DNA of 64,000 nt from Octopus sinensis (lineage: Eukaryota). The notes under the pieces were generated by a model that had not been told where the DNA came from, made no database searches, and saw only the letters and a list, made by a program, of their open reading frames with translations. The translations under genes were made by a program, and so were the position numbers. Location: the NCBI RefSeq assembly GCF_006345805.1, contig NW_021835958.1, positions 1 through 64,000 on the forward strand. Reading direction: 5' to 3'. This document shows, one piece after another, positions 49,695 to 62,215 of this stretch (its first letter is position 1; the number at the start of each line of letters is the position of its first letter).

Positions 49695-52600
49695 TTAATC
49701 TAGGTTGTAGCACTCCTTTATGGATACTGTGAGTTTACAAGGAAGTGCTGCTATGTGTCTAGAAGAGTTGTGATTTTTTTGGAAAATTTAAACCAAGAAC
49801 AACACTTAAGTTTTAAATATATTTTCCAAAAGCACCTTTGTCAGGATTAGTATATGAACCAGACATTGTGTTATCAGCTTGCAGAGTCATCACTGATGAT
49901 GATGCACCTAGGTCTGATACATTTTCCTTGTATAAGGCTTTGCCTTCTTTAGTACTTAAAGTCTGGTATTTATTATATTAGTCTCTTTTGTCAAAATACT
50001 AGTTATGGGATGTAAACAAACCAACACCAGTTGTCAAGCTGTTAGAAAGACGAACACAAAGACATACACACACACACGCACACAGACATATGCATATGTA
50101 CACATATATGACAGGCAGCCATACAACTTCCATCTACCAAATTTACTCACAAAGCATCAATCAGTTTGGGGCTATTGCAGAAAACATTTATCTAAGGTGC
50201 TGTGCAGTGGGACTGAACCCAAAACCACGTGCTTGCAAAGTAAGTGTCTTAACCACAAAACTATGCTTGATGTTTAAAATATCTTAATATGATTAGGTTC
50301 CTTTTTTAGCTTGACCACAAAGTGGGGATGAAAAGATAGATGGTCATCATGTAAAAGGTTATTTCTTGGCTCCCTTCGTGTAGCCAGTTCTGGGTGTAAA
50401 GAAATAAACCACAGTACATGGATGGTGCTTTATTCATCAACCCACAAAGAAATGAAAGGTAAAATTGGTCTTGGTGCAATTTGAACTCAGAAGGTCGTAA
50501 CAAATACTACATCTATCTATCTATCTATCTATCTATGTAATGTATGTGTGTTTGTGCATGGTGCAGTTTCCTTGCCTTGACTTTGTGTGAGAGTTGCAAA
50601 CAAGTGTCACCATCATGTAAGCAATGTCCTTCATTTCCAGTCTTATGTGAAAACATGTCTGGTCATGAGGAAATAATACCTTACTTGGAACACAAGAGAT
50701 AATTCATTACAAGGGCATTCAGCTGTAGAAAAACCTGCTTCAACAAATTGTGTCTGGCCTATGTAAGCATTGAAAAGTGAACATTAAAATGATGATTCTG
50801 TCTAAATCTCAAATGATTTGTGTACAGATTATTATGTAAGCCTTTTTCAAATAGATATATGACATGTAGGTAATTAATTGAAAAACTAAGTACAAATATT
50901 TCTGTCTACCATTTGGCAGGAATCTTTAATAAGCCGCCCAAAATCTTCCTACAACTTCTACACTACTATACTATTTTTCATGTCATTCTCCTTTGTTAAA
51001 ATTACCTAATTTGAATTGTAGTATAAAAGTGATCAAATTTCTTCATTGTTCTTTTGCTCACTCATTTGACACAATGTACAAGCTACATACACTTACTCAT
51101 ACAATACAGATAGAATCTGACATAAAAAAAACCTCATTGAATGAAAAATTTCCATATAGAAACTTTTTAATTCTGTTGCTCTGCCCTCAAGATGCATGTC
51201 TTCTCTGCGTCTAAGCATGCCACACACTAACCTGAAATTTCTAATCCCTTGTACTATTGCTGGATAGTTGCTGGCCCCTCTGTTAGCTTCATCCATCCTT
51301 TTGACAAGTATTGTTCTAGTCCTGAGTTTCCAGCAACCCACCCCACCAAGTTAACTTAAGTAGGGGTGCCAGTTTAGTCATTAGCAACTTGGTTATGCAT
51401 CATACCAGACAAAAAGTTGTCAGTATCTTTTGTGAGTGACCTGATAATGTCTTACCATTCTGGGTTCAAATCCCAGTGGGGTCGACTTTGACTTTCTGCC
51501 TTTTAGAATCAATGTAATAATAACTAGCAATGACAAACTGTGATCGGTTCAAATAATCTTACAACCATTTCCTACAGATACATGTGACCATTGACCAAAA
51601 TTAAATAGCATCATTATTACAACTGTTATTAAAATAGAGACCAGATCCAATATGTGAGGAAGATATGTTGTTATGCTTACGACATTTCACCAAAGCAGCT
51701 TTTATGGAATTATTTAATCAGTTGCAATCAATAGTTAAAGGCAGCAAGTGAACAAAATTGTTAGCAGGTCAGACAAAATGCTTAGTGATATTTCTTCTAG
51801 CTCTTTGCATTCTGAGTTCCAATTCCACTGAGGTTAACTTGGCCCTTCATCCCTTTGTGGGGGGTGTGTATCAATAAAACAAAGTACCAGTCATATCACA
51901 AGGTCAGTGTAGTTGATTTTCCCCCTCTCCACCTTAAAATTGTCAGCCTTGACCTCTGCAACGAACCAGTGTCCCATCATCATCGTCATCATTGTTTAAT
52001 GTCCACCTTCCATGTTGGCATGGGTTGGACGGTTTGACTGAGGACTGGCAAGACAGGAGGCTGCACCAGGCTTCAATCTGATCTGGAGAGGTTTCTACAG
52101 CTGGATACCCTTTCTAACGCCAACCACTCCAAGAATATAGTTGGTGCTTTTTACATGCCACTGGCATGAGAACCAGTAAGGTGGTACTGGCATCCCTGTT
52201 CAGGAGAAATGTAATCTCAGGTACTTATATGCCCTGGAACTCAGGCCTCGTATGAGGCCTAGAGCTTGCAACGAGGCAGGGAGAATCAGTAGTTAAAACT
52301 CCTTCAAAGCGCATCATGCATGTGTGTGGGACAAAGATAAAAAGTGGCTAAAGTACTTTTGATCGCTTGCGATTGATGTGAAGTGGACAACAACTAATAT
52401 ACAATATTTGAAACGAGCAATGAGCTAAGGCTGTGTTGGCTCATATTAATACAATTCCAGGTGCGCTAAAACTCCTATAATCTCTCTGATCCTACCTCAC
52501 TGAAATACGATTTTGGAAAAGATTCAACATGGAAGCCTCAACGTGGTCGTTTGGTCTACATGAAATGGCAACTTAACATTCCTCAACGAACAAATGAAAT

Positions 52601-54349
52601 AATATAGTGATAGATATATTATGGCTGAAAAAAAAAAAGATTGATGGTCCTTGCTAGATCATTTTTTGATCATAGGGCTTTTGGTTAAGCAATTTTCAAA
52701 TTTTGATGCAAGGCCAGAAATTTTAGAAGGATGGCGTAAATAGCTTACATCGCCCGAGTACTTGACTAATGGTTATTTTCTTGACTTTAAAAGGATGAAA
52801 GGTAAAGCTTAGCTTCGTCGGGATTCGAACTCAGAACATAAGAAACCGGAGGAAATGCTGCAAAGTACTTCGTTCGCTGGCGATTCTGTCAAATTCACCA
52901 GCGCACAAAGTTATGAACCAAGGGAAGTAACTGTACGTACGAAGAGAAATAACTCGAACAAGTTTTTGTCAAAGATGTTTTGCAATGAAAACGAAATAAT
53001 TTGTATTTTTTTTAAATGGAGCCGATTTATTTGTTCGCAGATTATTACTGGCATTAAAATCACAAAACGATTTTGAGGATGAAAGCGATATAACAATGAC
53101 ACACACAATCTGTTTTTTTCCAAAATACCCTAGTGCATATCCGATAATTATCAACGTAAACAAGGCCATGCATTAAGTTCGGTCTCAGTATTTGACACGT
53201 ACTTCATTTTATACCCCTCAGATGGATGAAACGCAAAACAGAACTAGGCGAAATTCAAACTCAGAGCATAAACGAGACTCAAACGCTGAGTAATAAAGAA
53301 AACACAAGGTTGTTGTTTTTTAAATCTCACACATACACATGCAAACTCTTTAAAAGTAGATCCCATTAATAAGGCTAATTTTTTTAAAAAGTAGCTCAAA
53401 GATATAGCACCAGCAAATAGAGAATATAACTAATATAACGTAGTGTCAATTAGGGATTAGGTAAAATATCTGGAACCAGAGAGCTCTAATGACAATTTTC
53501 AGCAGTCACATCACTACACCCGATGTCGTAATTCGCTAGAATACTATCCATAGGGTCAAGAAAATCTGACCAATCACGACATGGCATGGGAATAGGTTCC
53601 AGCGACGATTTAATTTTTTTCAGGTTGAGTAGGCGTAGCTCTGGCCCTGGTAAAATTATAATTTCTTGGTTCCAATGAGTTAGGTATAACAGCAGAAAGA
53701 AATACAAGAAAACGAGTTGCAACTGACTTCCCCACTTTATTCAACCACTAACTGAATCGGTACAGAAAACTTTGGTACATACTGAATGATACTGTCTGAA
53801 GAAAATATACATATGGTTACCCATGCAGTTGGAACTTGGTAATATGAGCTTGACTAAACGGAACAGCAGCACGTCAAGGCTATCTACCAAATATCTCTCT
53901 TCTCTCTACCAAAATAGGAACTTAATTGTGCTTCCCATCTCACTGAAGGATAGTGGGAAAGATTCCTCTTTTTAAAGCTGATTAGGGACTCCAGTGAACA
54001 AACATAATTTTCCTGTGCTAGGCTGGTCTGTCACGTGATTGGATGATAGCCCATGTAAAGTCAGAAAGACTTGATTGCAACCACATGTAGAAAACACACA
54101 TGTGAGCTAATTTCTGGGTATTTAAAGCTAGACAGCTGAATGATAAATATACTTCTGTTACACATCTTTTGGCACACTTCCTTCTGAGCCTATCGATCAG
54201 CATATATTTGGCACACTTTTTCTAGTTGACAAGGAGCAAACTAATTCCAAACACACATCCCAGACACACATTCATATACATGTACACGCATACAACATAG
54301 CTTTGAAGTGTTTTGTATTGGTAGAATTCACAGGTAATACCAAGATTTA

Positions 54350-55177
54350 CTTGACAGAGATCACAACATTAATACTTCTAGCTCAACAAGCTGAATTCTA
54401 ATCTGGCAGACCCACCATAAATCAACTTTTGAATCTCATTCAGCATACTGAGATGGGTTTCAGAAAGGACTAATAACAAAAGCCACCTTTGTTGATTTAT
54501 CTGCCATGCAAGACACTGTGAATCACCACCTCCTTCAACAAAAGAGCTTGAAGTTGACAAAAGACCTGGTGCTTATGACCTTCATTGGAACCTCCCTGTA
54601 GATAGGTGCCTTTTTGTTGTTTTGAACAACAAGCAAAATTACCAGCGACAACAAGGTAGTATACTAGGCTCTGTACTATATAACATCTATACTAATGACC
54701 AGCCAATGAACCAGAAAACTGAGTGGTTTATTTATGCTGGCCACCTTTGTAGAAACAGTAGTAGAAGCAAACCTCAGGTGAACCCTAGATGATAACTTCT
54801 TTATTATGAATGCAACAGCCTATATGCCAACCCTGTGACTCAAGTCTGCTCATTTCATATTAAGAATCTTGAAGCCATTCATTCCTCTTAATGTCAATGG
54901 TCTGGAAACACCCCTGCAGCACTGTATCTCTCCTGTCTACTTTGGAGTAACCTCGAACTGCATTCTCTCTCTCCTTGTTGAAAACATGAAATTAAAAGTT
55001 GGTTCCCAAAGCAACATTCAGCAGAAACTAGTCATCTCCAAATGGGGAGCCACTGCACACACATTAGGGTCTCCTGATCTGGCCTCATGCTATTCCTCTG
55101 TGGAATATGCATGTCCTGTCTGGGAGAAATCAATCCATGCCAAGGAACTTGGCCTAGCATTGAGCAATATCTGCCAC
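54350..55177 (+). mobile_element. Degraded LINE reverse transcriptase fragment, I-group (Ingi/Vingi-like; clade tentative)
   Basis: FVDLSAMQDTVNH (54488), QGSILGSVLYNIYTNDQP (54651), FIYAGHLC (decayed YADD), VYFGVT, SKWGA, CYSSVEYACPVWEKS; interrupted by a SINE head at about 55178. Confidence 0.8.
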
Positions 55178-55504
55178 TGTGGAGGCGCAATGGCCCAGTG
55201 GTTAGGGCAGCAGACTCACGGTTGTAAGAATACAGTTTCGATTCCCAGACCAGGCATTGTGAGTGTTTATTGAGCAAAAACACCTAAGCTCCACGAGGCT
55301 CAGTACAATTTATTTGGGAAAGAATTCATTTTTGATGCTCTGATGAAACTATAAGGTATTAAGATGCTCAACTATGAGTCCACTGTACGCTGTAGCTGAA
55401 ACAGCTGTAAGCTAATAAGATTCATAAGATAGTTATTTATTCTTTTGTCATCTCTCTTCCTTAAATATATATATATAAGGAAGAGAGATGACAAATATAT
55501 ATGT

Positions 55505-55840
55505 GAAGGTGCATGGCTCAGTGGTTAAAGCGTTGAGCTTACGATTGTGAGGTTGTGAGCTCGAATCCCGGACTGGGCTGCATGTTGTGTTCTTGAGCAA
55601 GACACTTATTTCATGCTGCTCCAGTTCACTCAGCTGTAGAAATGAGTTGCGATGTCACAGGTGCCAAGCTGTATCGGCCTTTGCCTTTCCCTTGGATAAT
55701 ACTGGTGGCATGGAGAAGGGAGGCCGGTATGCATGGGCGGCTGCTGGTCTTCCATAAACAACCTTGCGTGGACTTGTTCCTGGGAGGGTAACTTTCAAGG
55801 TGCAATCCCATGGTCTGTGCTGTGACCGAAGGGGGTCTCA
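55505..55840 (+). mobile_element. tRNA-derived CORE-like SINE family F
   Basis: TGGCTCAGTGG A box, GCTCGAATCCC B box, tgttgtgttcttgagcaagacactt CORE-like segment. Related heads at 3030-3345, 31730-32045, 55180-55300 (+) and 28050-28165 (-). Confidence 0.8.
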
Positions 55841-55879
55841 GAATATATATATACATATATAAAGTATGTGTATGTGTGT

Positions 55880-56530
55880 GTGGATATTTGGAAATATGAT
55901 GTGCTTGAGAAGACCCGGCAAACTAAGTGAGACCATAACCTGTGGCCTATGCCAGTGGTGTAACCAGCCCACTTAGGCATACCTTTCTTTCATTGGACAC
56001 TAAACTCTGCTTGCGAAGACCTGTTGAAGCAAGTGAAATCGAAATCAAATTCGGTGACAGCACTGCATGACTGGCATCCACGCTAGTGGAGCGCTAAGAG
56101 CACCTTTCGAGCATGATCGTTGCCAGTGCTGTTGACTGGCCCCCGTGCTGGTGGTATGCAAAAAGCACCATTTGAGCATGATCGTTACCGGTGTCGCCTT
56201 AGTGGCACTTGTGCTGGTGGTACATGGAAAACAACATTCGAACGAGGGCGTTGCCAGTGCCGCTGGACTGGCTGCTGTGCAGGTGACACGTAAAAACACC
56301 ATTTGAGTGTGGCCGTTGCCAGTACCACCTGACCGGCCCTCATGCCGGTTGCATGTAAAAACACCCACTGCACTCTCGGAGTTGTTGGCATTAGGATGGG
56401 CATCCAGCTGTAGAAACTCTGCCAGATCAGATTGGAGCCTGGTGCAGCCATCTGGTTAGCCTGTCCTCAGTCGAACCGTCCAACCCATGCCAGCATGGAA
56501 AGTGGACGTTAAACGATGATGATGATGATG
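55880..56530 (+). mobile_element. Family C repeat with four internal ~65-bp tandem units and (GAT)n tail
   Basis: Ends ggatgggcatccagctgtagaaac...cccatgccagcatggaaagtggacgttaaacgatgatgat. 3' fragments at 12050-12210 and 62080-62212 (+); 1190-1310, 2725-2915, 12685-12870, 30297-30482, 35085-35340 and 51980-52190 (-). Confidence 0.8.
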
Positions 56531-56857
56531 ATGTGAGTATGTGTATGTTTGTGCCTCTTTGCCTTGACATTGTGGGTTAAGTGTAAATGAGTGTCACTAT
56601 CATCATGTAAGCGGTGTCATTTCTTTCTAATATTCTGTGAAAACATGTTTAGCAATGGAGTAACATTACTTTACTTGCAAACGGGTGAAAGTTGATGACT
56701 GGAGGGGCATCTAGCCATAGAAAATCTGCTTTAATAAACTCCATTCAATGCAACCATGGATGAGTGGATGCTAAACCAACGATGACGACGACGACGATGA
56801 TGATGATGATGATGAAAGTGTATTAAATTATTTTGTTATGTAGAAGAGGGGAAATTT

Positions 56858-57210
56858 TGGCTGTGTGGTAAGTAGCTTGCTTACCAACCACATGGTTCCA
56901 AGTTCAGTCCCACTGCGTGGCACCTTGGGCAATGTCATCTACTATAGCCTCAGGCAGATCAAAGCCCTGTGAGTGGATTTGGTTGACGGAAACTGTGTAT
57001 GTATATGTTTTTGTGTCTGTGTTTGTGCCCCCAACATGACTTGGCAACCGATGCTGGTGTGTTTACATTCCCATAACTTAGTGGTTCAGCAAAAGAGACC
57101 GATAGAATAAGTACTAGGCTAACAAAGAATAAGTCCTGGGGTCGATTTGCTCGACTAAAGGCGGTGATCCAGCATGGCCGCAGTCAAATTACTGAAACAA
57201 GTAAAAGAGT
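56858..57210 (+). mobile_element. tRNA-derived CORE-like SINE family B (OR2-like)
   Basis: tggctgtgtggtaag (A box), gttcagtccc (B box), gcaccttgggcaa CORE-like segment, internal TA/TG tract, gtaaaagag tail. Other copies: - 30088-30856 (split), 41268-41616, 49975-50270, 58300-58640, 60178-60575, 63555-63716; + heads 18410-18550, 23745-23895. Confidence 0.8.
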
Positions 57211-57231
57211 ATTCCAGCTAAGGCACTACAT

Positions 57232-57292
<61 letters not shown>

Positions 57293-57436
57293 AGAGAGAA
57301 ACAAAATGTTCATTAATTATGATTTATCTCACTTCTGTTTTCATGGTTTGTAATTAGAATTTAGCAGAAGACAACTAAAATAGCATGGGATCTCCAAAGT
57401 AACGTTACTGTTTAGCCCTAGGCTTGCCATGATTAA

Positions 57437-57654
57437 CCCTTTAGCATTCAGATTAAATTATATTATAATTTTTATTTATCGACATTGTTTTGAATTAATC
57501 AGGCATTATTTTGTACCTTTGAGATTTTGATGGTGTGATTGTATATTCTTTGTATGACATTGTATGGTAGGTGTGAGAGACCCAATCTGGTTGGTTAGAA
57601 CATGAAGCATGCAAAATATTTTGGTTGGACCTGAGCAGTTTCAATACTAAAAGA
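57437..57654. mobile_element. Family T1 MITE
   Basis: TTAA-CCCTTTAGCATT ... AATACTAAAAGA-TTAA; body aligns with 9271-9490. Confidence 0.75.
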
Positions 57655-58248
57655 TTAAGCTGATTTATAACCAAAATTGTTCCAGCAGTAATTACCCCCA
57701 GCTTTTAATTGAACCATTTATTCAACAGGTCTTTTTTTTTATAAAGATGTTAGTGTTAACACTTCCAATGAGATTTTGGTGCTTTTTCTTGCAGATTAAG
57801 CAACCACATAGGGGCTTTTTTTTCTATTAATGCAACAATAATATAGTGAGTAGGTTGGAATTTCACAAATGATAATAAAAAATATTTTAAAGCACAGACT
57901 ATATAGGGACAATGGTTTCTTTATCTTGTCTCCATCACACAAATGTTAGTAATTGGGTAGTGCCATTTAACAAAATTCTAAATTTATTTCCATTGAAACA
58001 AATTAGATGGCAGCAGTTGTTTTATTACAATTGTTGTTGCTTAACCTTCAAGTCAACCCCCAATGTGTAAACTTATCATCAAAAGCATTACATTTACGAT
58101 CATCCTGTCATGTTTTTCTTCTGACATAAATAGTTTATTCAGTGCTGCATTATTTAATGCAACCTTCTTTTATATCATGCAAACATGGAGACACTCTCAT
58201 ATATACGAGAATGTATCTGCATGATCTCTATGACATCTGCTTTGGAGC

Positions 58249-58281
<33 letters not shown>

Positions 58282-58719
58282 ATATTTTTATTTATTCTTT
58301 TTATCTTTTACTTGTTTCAGTCATTAGACTACAGCCATGAAGGAGTACCACCTTCAAACGTCTAATCAAACAAATCGACCCCAATACCTATTTTTTAAGT
58401 CTGATACGTACTCTATCAGTCTCTTTTGCCAAGTTGCTAAGTTACAGCAACATAAACAAACCAACACCGGTTGTGAAGAAGTGGGTGGGAGTGGGGACAC
58501 AAACACACATACACACACACATGTATACATGTACAAGATAGTCTTCTACAAAGTTTCTTTCTACTAAACCCACTCGCAGTGGAACTGAACCTCAAACCAT
58601 GTGGTTGCAAAGCAAATTTCTCAACCACACAGCCATGCCTGTGCCGTATATATCTATATATGTTTGCATGTACAAATGAAGAGAAATATATTATATATGT
58701 ATATATATGATGGACTCTC

Positions 58720-59452
58720 CAGTCAGTTTCAATGTATGAGGCTCCAACAACATACTTTTCCTTTGTCAGTCATAATGCTTATGTCAAATGTGACATTTAA
58801 GTTCCACCAACAATTTGCAAAGAAGGCCACAATGTTGCAAGTATGAGGATTACAGATCAGTGCAGGTTGCATATTTGCAACTACTTTTCTCCTTTGGCTT
58901 GCACCCTGAAGCCTGTTAATGCAGGTTGCAACAAAGTTTTTAATACCATTTTGACACATTGATCTCCATTTTGTTTGCACCAAGGCTGTTCGCTCAAAGG
59001 TCTTGTGAGCTATTTTCAGCACTAACAGGTTACTCTTCAGCTTGTCCTTATATCTGAGCCATGGTCAACCAGCATTCCTGTGTCCACTCTCAAACTGGCT
59101 GTACATGAAAACTTTGGGTATTCTTTCATCACTCATACTGATAACATGGCCTGCCCAGCACAATTTTGATTGTATAAGGAAGCTCTCAATTCCACCAATA
59201 TTACACTTGCTAAACAAGTTGGCATTAGAGAATTTGTCTTTTAGTGAATAACTGCAGATAGTCCTCAGTCAGTCTTTGTAGAAGATGTCTAATTGGCTAA
59301 TGTATCATCTAAAGGGTATCCACAATTCTGAGCCACACAAGAAAATAGTAAGAATGGCTACTTTAAAGACCTGTACTTTGGTGTCAAGTTCGATGCCCCT
59401 TTCATTCCATAGAGGATGACGGAGTTTGCCAAAAGCATTAGTTGCCTTTGAT
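58720..59452 (-). mobile_element. 3' fragment of an RTE (BovB-like) LINE, degraded
   Basis: Minus-strand KATNAFGKLR..LWNERGIELDTKVQVFK...CWAGHVISMSDERIPK...PWLRYKDKLK...KWRSM is the typical RTE ORF C-terminus. Confidence 0.88.
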
Positions 59453-59747
59453 GAAAATTTTCAAACAAATTTTTCAAAAATTTTGCTGAAAATTTTCAAA
59501 AGTTCTGATGAAAATTTTCAGAAATAGTCTCAAAACTTTTTATTGATAATTTTCAGGAAACTTTTCAAAAATTTTTATGAAAATTTCCAGAAATATTTTC
59601 AAAAATTTTGATGAAAATTTTCAGAAACTTTTCAAAAATCTTAATAAAAATTTTCAAAAACCTATTCAAAAATTTTGATAAAAATTTTCAAAAAAATTTC
59701 CAAAATTTTGAGGAAAATTGTCAGAAAACTTTTCAAAAATTTTGATG
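59449..59747. repeat. ~33-bp A/T-tract minisatellite GATGAAAATTTTCAGAAACTTTTCAAAAATTTT
   Basis: About 9 degenerate units of phased AnTn tracts. Confidence 0.9.
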
Positions 59748-60612
59748 AGTGTGTTAAATAATAAGGTACTAAAAGAGAATGACTCTCCCCAGAAACAACA
59801 GAATATACACTGTTTTCGCTAATTACTCTTTCACTCACTTTTGCTACTTTCAGTTATTTGACTGCGGCTATGTTGGAGCACAAACTATATATTTACGATA
59901 ACTACATATTGAGGGGAGATAACTACAAAATATCTTCTAGAGTTACTTCCCTTGGATATAATAATTTAATAACAATAATAAATATGTAAGGAAACTAGCT
60001 CAAGAATATAATTTGTAATTATATCTCTTAAATATGACGGGATAACTACAATATACATTCTAGAGTTATTTCCCTTCCATATGACTATATTAGTAACGTT
60101 ATTCAATTATAATATGCAAGGGATGTAACTCTACAAGGTATTTTGTACTATAATGAAGAGGTGACGTACACAATTACTCTTTTCCTTGTTTGTCTCAGTT
60201 GACTGTGCCCATGCTGGAGTACTGCCTTTTGTCGAGCAAATCGACACCAGGACTTATTCTTTCTAAGTCTAGTATTATTCCATTTGTCCCCTTTGCCGAA
60301 CTGCTAATTTACGGGAGCGTAAACACCACAGCATCAGTTGTGAAGCAGTTTTGGGGACACAGAAACATACACACACACACACACATACATACACATATAT
60401 ATTCATATATTCGACGGGCTTCTTTCTATTTCCATGTACCAAACCCACTCAAAAACTTTGGTCTGTCCGAGGCTATATTAGAAGACACTTGCCCATGGTG
60501 CTACGTAGTGGGACTGAACCAAAAGCCATGTGGTTGGTAAGCAAGCTACATACCACACAGCCACTCTTACGCCTATATATTTACATATACATATATACGA
60601 CATTCTTCTTTC

Positions 60613-61010
60613 AGTGTGTGAGTGTTTGGATGTGTAACTGTATTTTCATTTCTATGTGTGTGTGAGTCAGTGTTTTCATTTCTTTGTGTTCGAGTGTGTG
60701 CGTGTGTAGGTGTGTAACTGTGTGTTTTCATTTCTGTGTTTGTCTGTGTGTGTGAGTGTTTGTGTGTGTAGCTGTGTATTTTCATTTCTATGTGTGTGTG
60801 TGTGTGTTTGTGCGTATGTGAGTGTGTGTGTGTGTGAGTATTTTTTTTTCAGTGTTTGTGTGTGTGGGACTCTTTTTATTTATGTGTGTGTGTGAATGTG
60901 TGTGTGGGTATTTTCATTTCAGTGTTTGTGTGTGTGTGTGAGAGTGTTTTTATTTCTGTGTGTACGTGTGTGTGAGCGACTGAATGTTTTTATTTGTTTG
61001 TGTGTGTGCG
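60613..61010. repeat. Degenerate (TG)n minisatellite punctuated by TTTTCATTTC cores
   Basis: Repeated tgtattttcatttctgtgtgtgtg-like units. Confidence 0.85.
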
Positions 61011-61634
61011 ACAATTACAGCTACAACAAACATTTTAACCATCTTTAAGATACCCACAGTTGCAGATTACTAACTACTAAATGAAAAGAAGTTCAATTTA
61101 TTCCACCTTTAGTGACTTCAGATGTTGCTCATATTTTTCTCATATGGCAACAATGTATTAATTTCACAAGTGGATAAAGGAAATTCTCATACTGGCGTGG
61201 AGGGGGCTGATATTCTATTTGCGAGTGTTAAGCACCCAATGACCCCGTATCTACATACCTGGATAGGCCATGATTGGTCTCATTCGGAGATCTCTCGGGT
61301 GTGGAATATTTATGACTATAGAAGTTAACTTGTTTATAAGGCTTCGTTTCTGGCCTCACTTTTGTAGATTTTGGGAAGTAATTTGTCTCCTTTTTTGTTA
61401 AATATTGTTGGAACTGGTGGATAAGAGTAAACAGTTTGGTCGTTATCTTCGATTGACTGTAGTTGTTGATGTTTTTAACCGATGCTGGTGTGTTTTACTT
61501 CCTGTATTTTAGCGGTTCGTCAAAAGAGAATAAGTTATAAGTTAGTATAAATACTAGGCTTACAAAGAATAAGTGTTGCGGACGATGTGCTCGACTAAAG
61601 GCGGTGCTCCAGCATTTATATATACATATTTATG

Positions 61635-61706
<72 letters not shown>

Positions 61707-62215
61707 TATACGTGTATATATCCACACACGCATATATACTATCTAAAACAAAAAAGAAACTTGATTATGTCCGAAGGGTAGTACTAGATAACATTATTAC
61801 TTTATATATTTGTGGGGTGTAATGAAATGTAAATGATCAGCTAGTCAATGTTTATTTGTTAAAGGTACCAGCAGATTACTTGGATGTGTATGTGTGTCTG
61901 TTGGTGCGCGCATGCTCGTGTCCCCTTTCGCAGGCGTAAAACGAACACACCTATTACAGAAATTACAACATGAAACGTATTATATGACGTTAGGGAAGTA
62001 ACTCTAGGAGATATTTTCAAGCCAAGTAATATTGCAATAGTGACAGATACTAGTGTCACACAAACGGCACCCATGCCGATGGCATGTAAAAGAACCCATT
62101 ACACTCTTGGAGTAGTTGGTATTAGGAGGGGGATCTAACCATAGAAACCTTGCCAAATCAGATGGAGTTTGGTATAGCCTTCCAGCTTGCCAGCCCTGGT
62201 CTGATGATGATATAT

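Noticed and set aside
52243-52260. aggcctc-gtat-gaggcct hairpin next to CTAG, like a Helitron 3' end
   Set aside because: CTAG overlaps the stem instead of lying about 10 nt downstream; no 5' TC end or second copy.
55508-55580. tRNA-like sequence with A and B boxes (also 3035-3100, 55185-55250)
   Set aside because: No closing acceptor stem and it runs into a CORE-like body; SINE heads, not tRNA genes.
57333-57374. 42-nt minus-strand segment with good AG and GTGAG signals
   Set aside because: Stops in all three frames.
61122-61328. 68-aa plus-strand ORF MLLIFFSYGNN...
   Set aside because: No recognisable homology or downstream support; the minus-strand exon reading has better splice signals.
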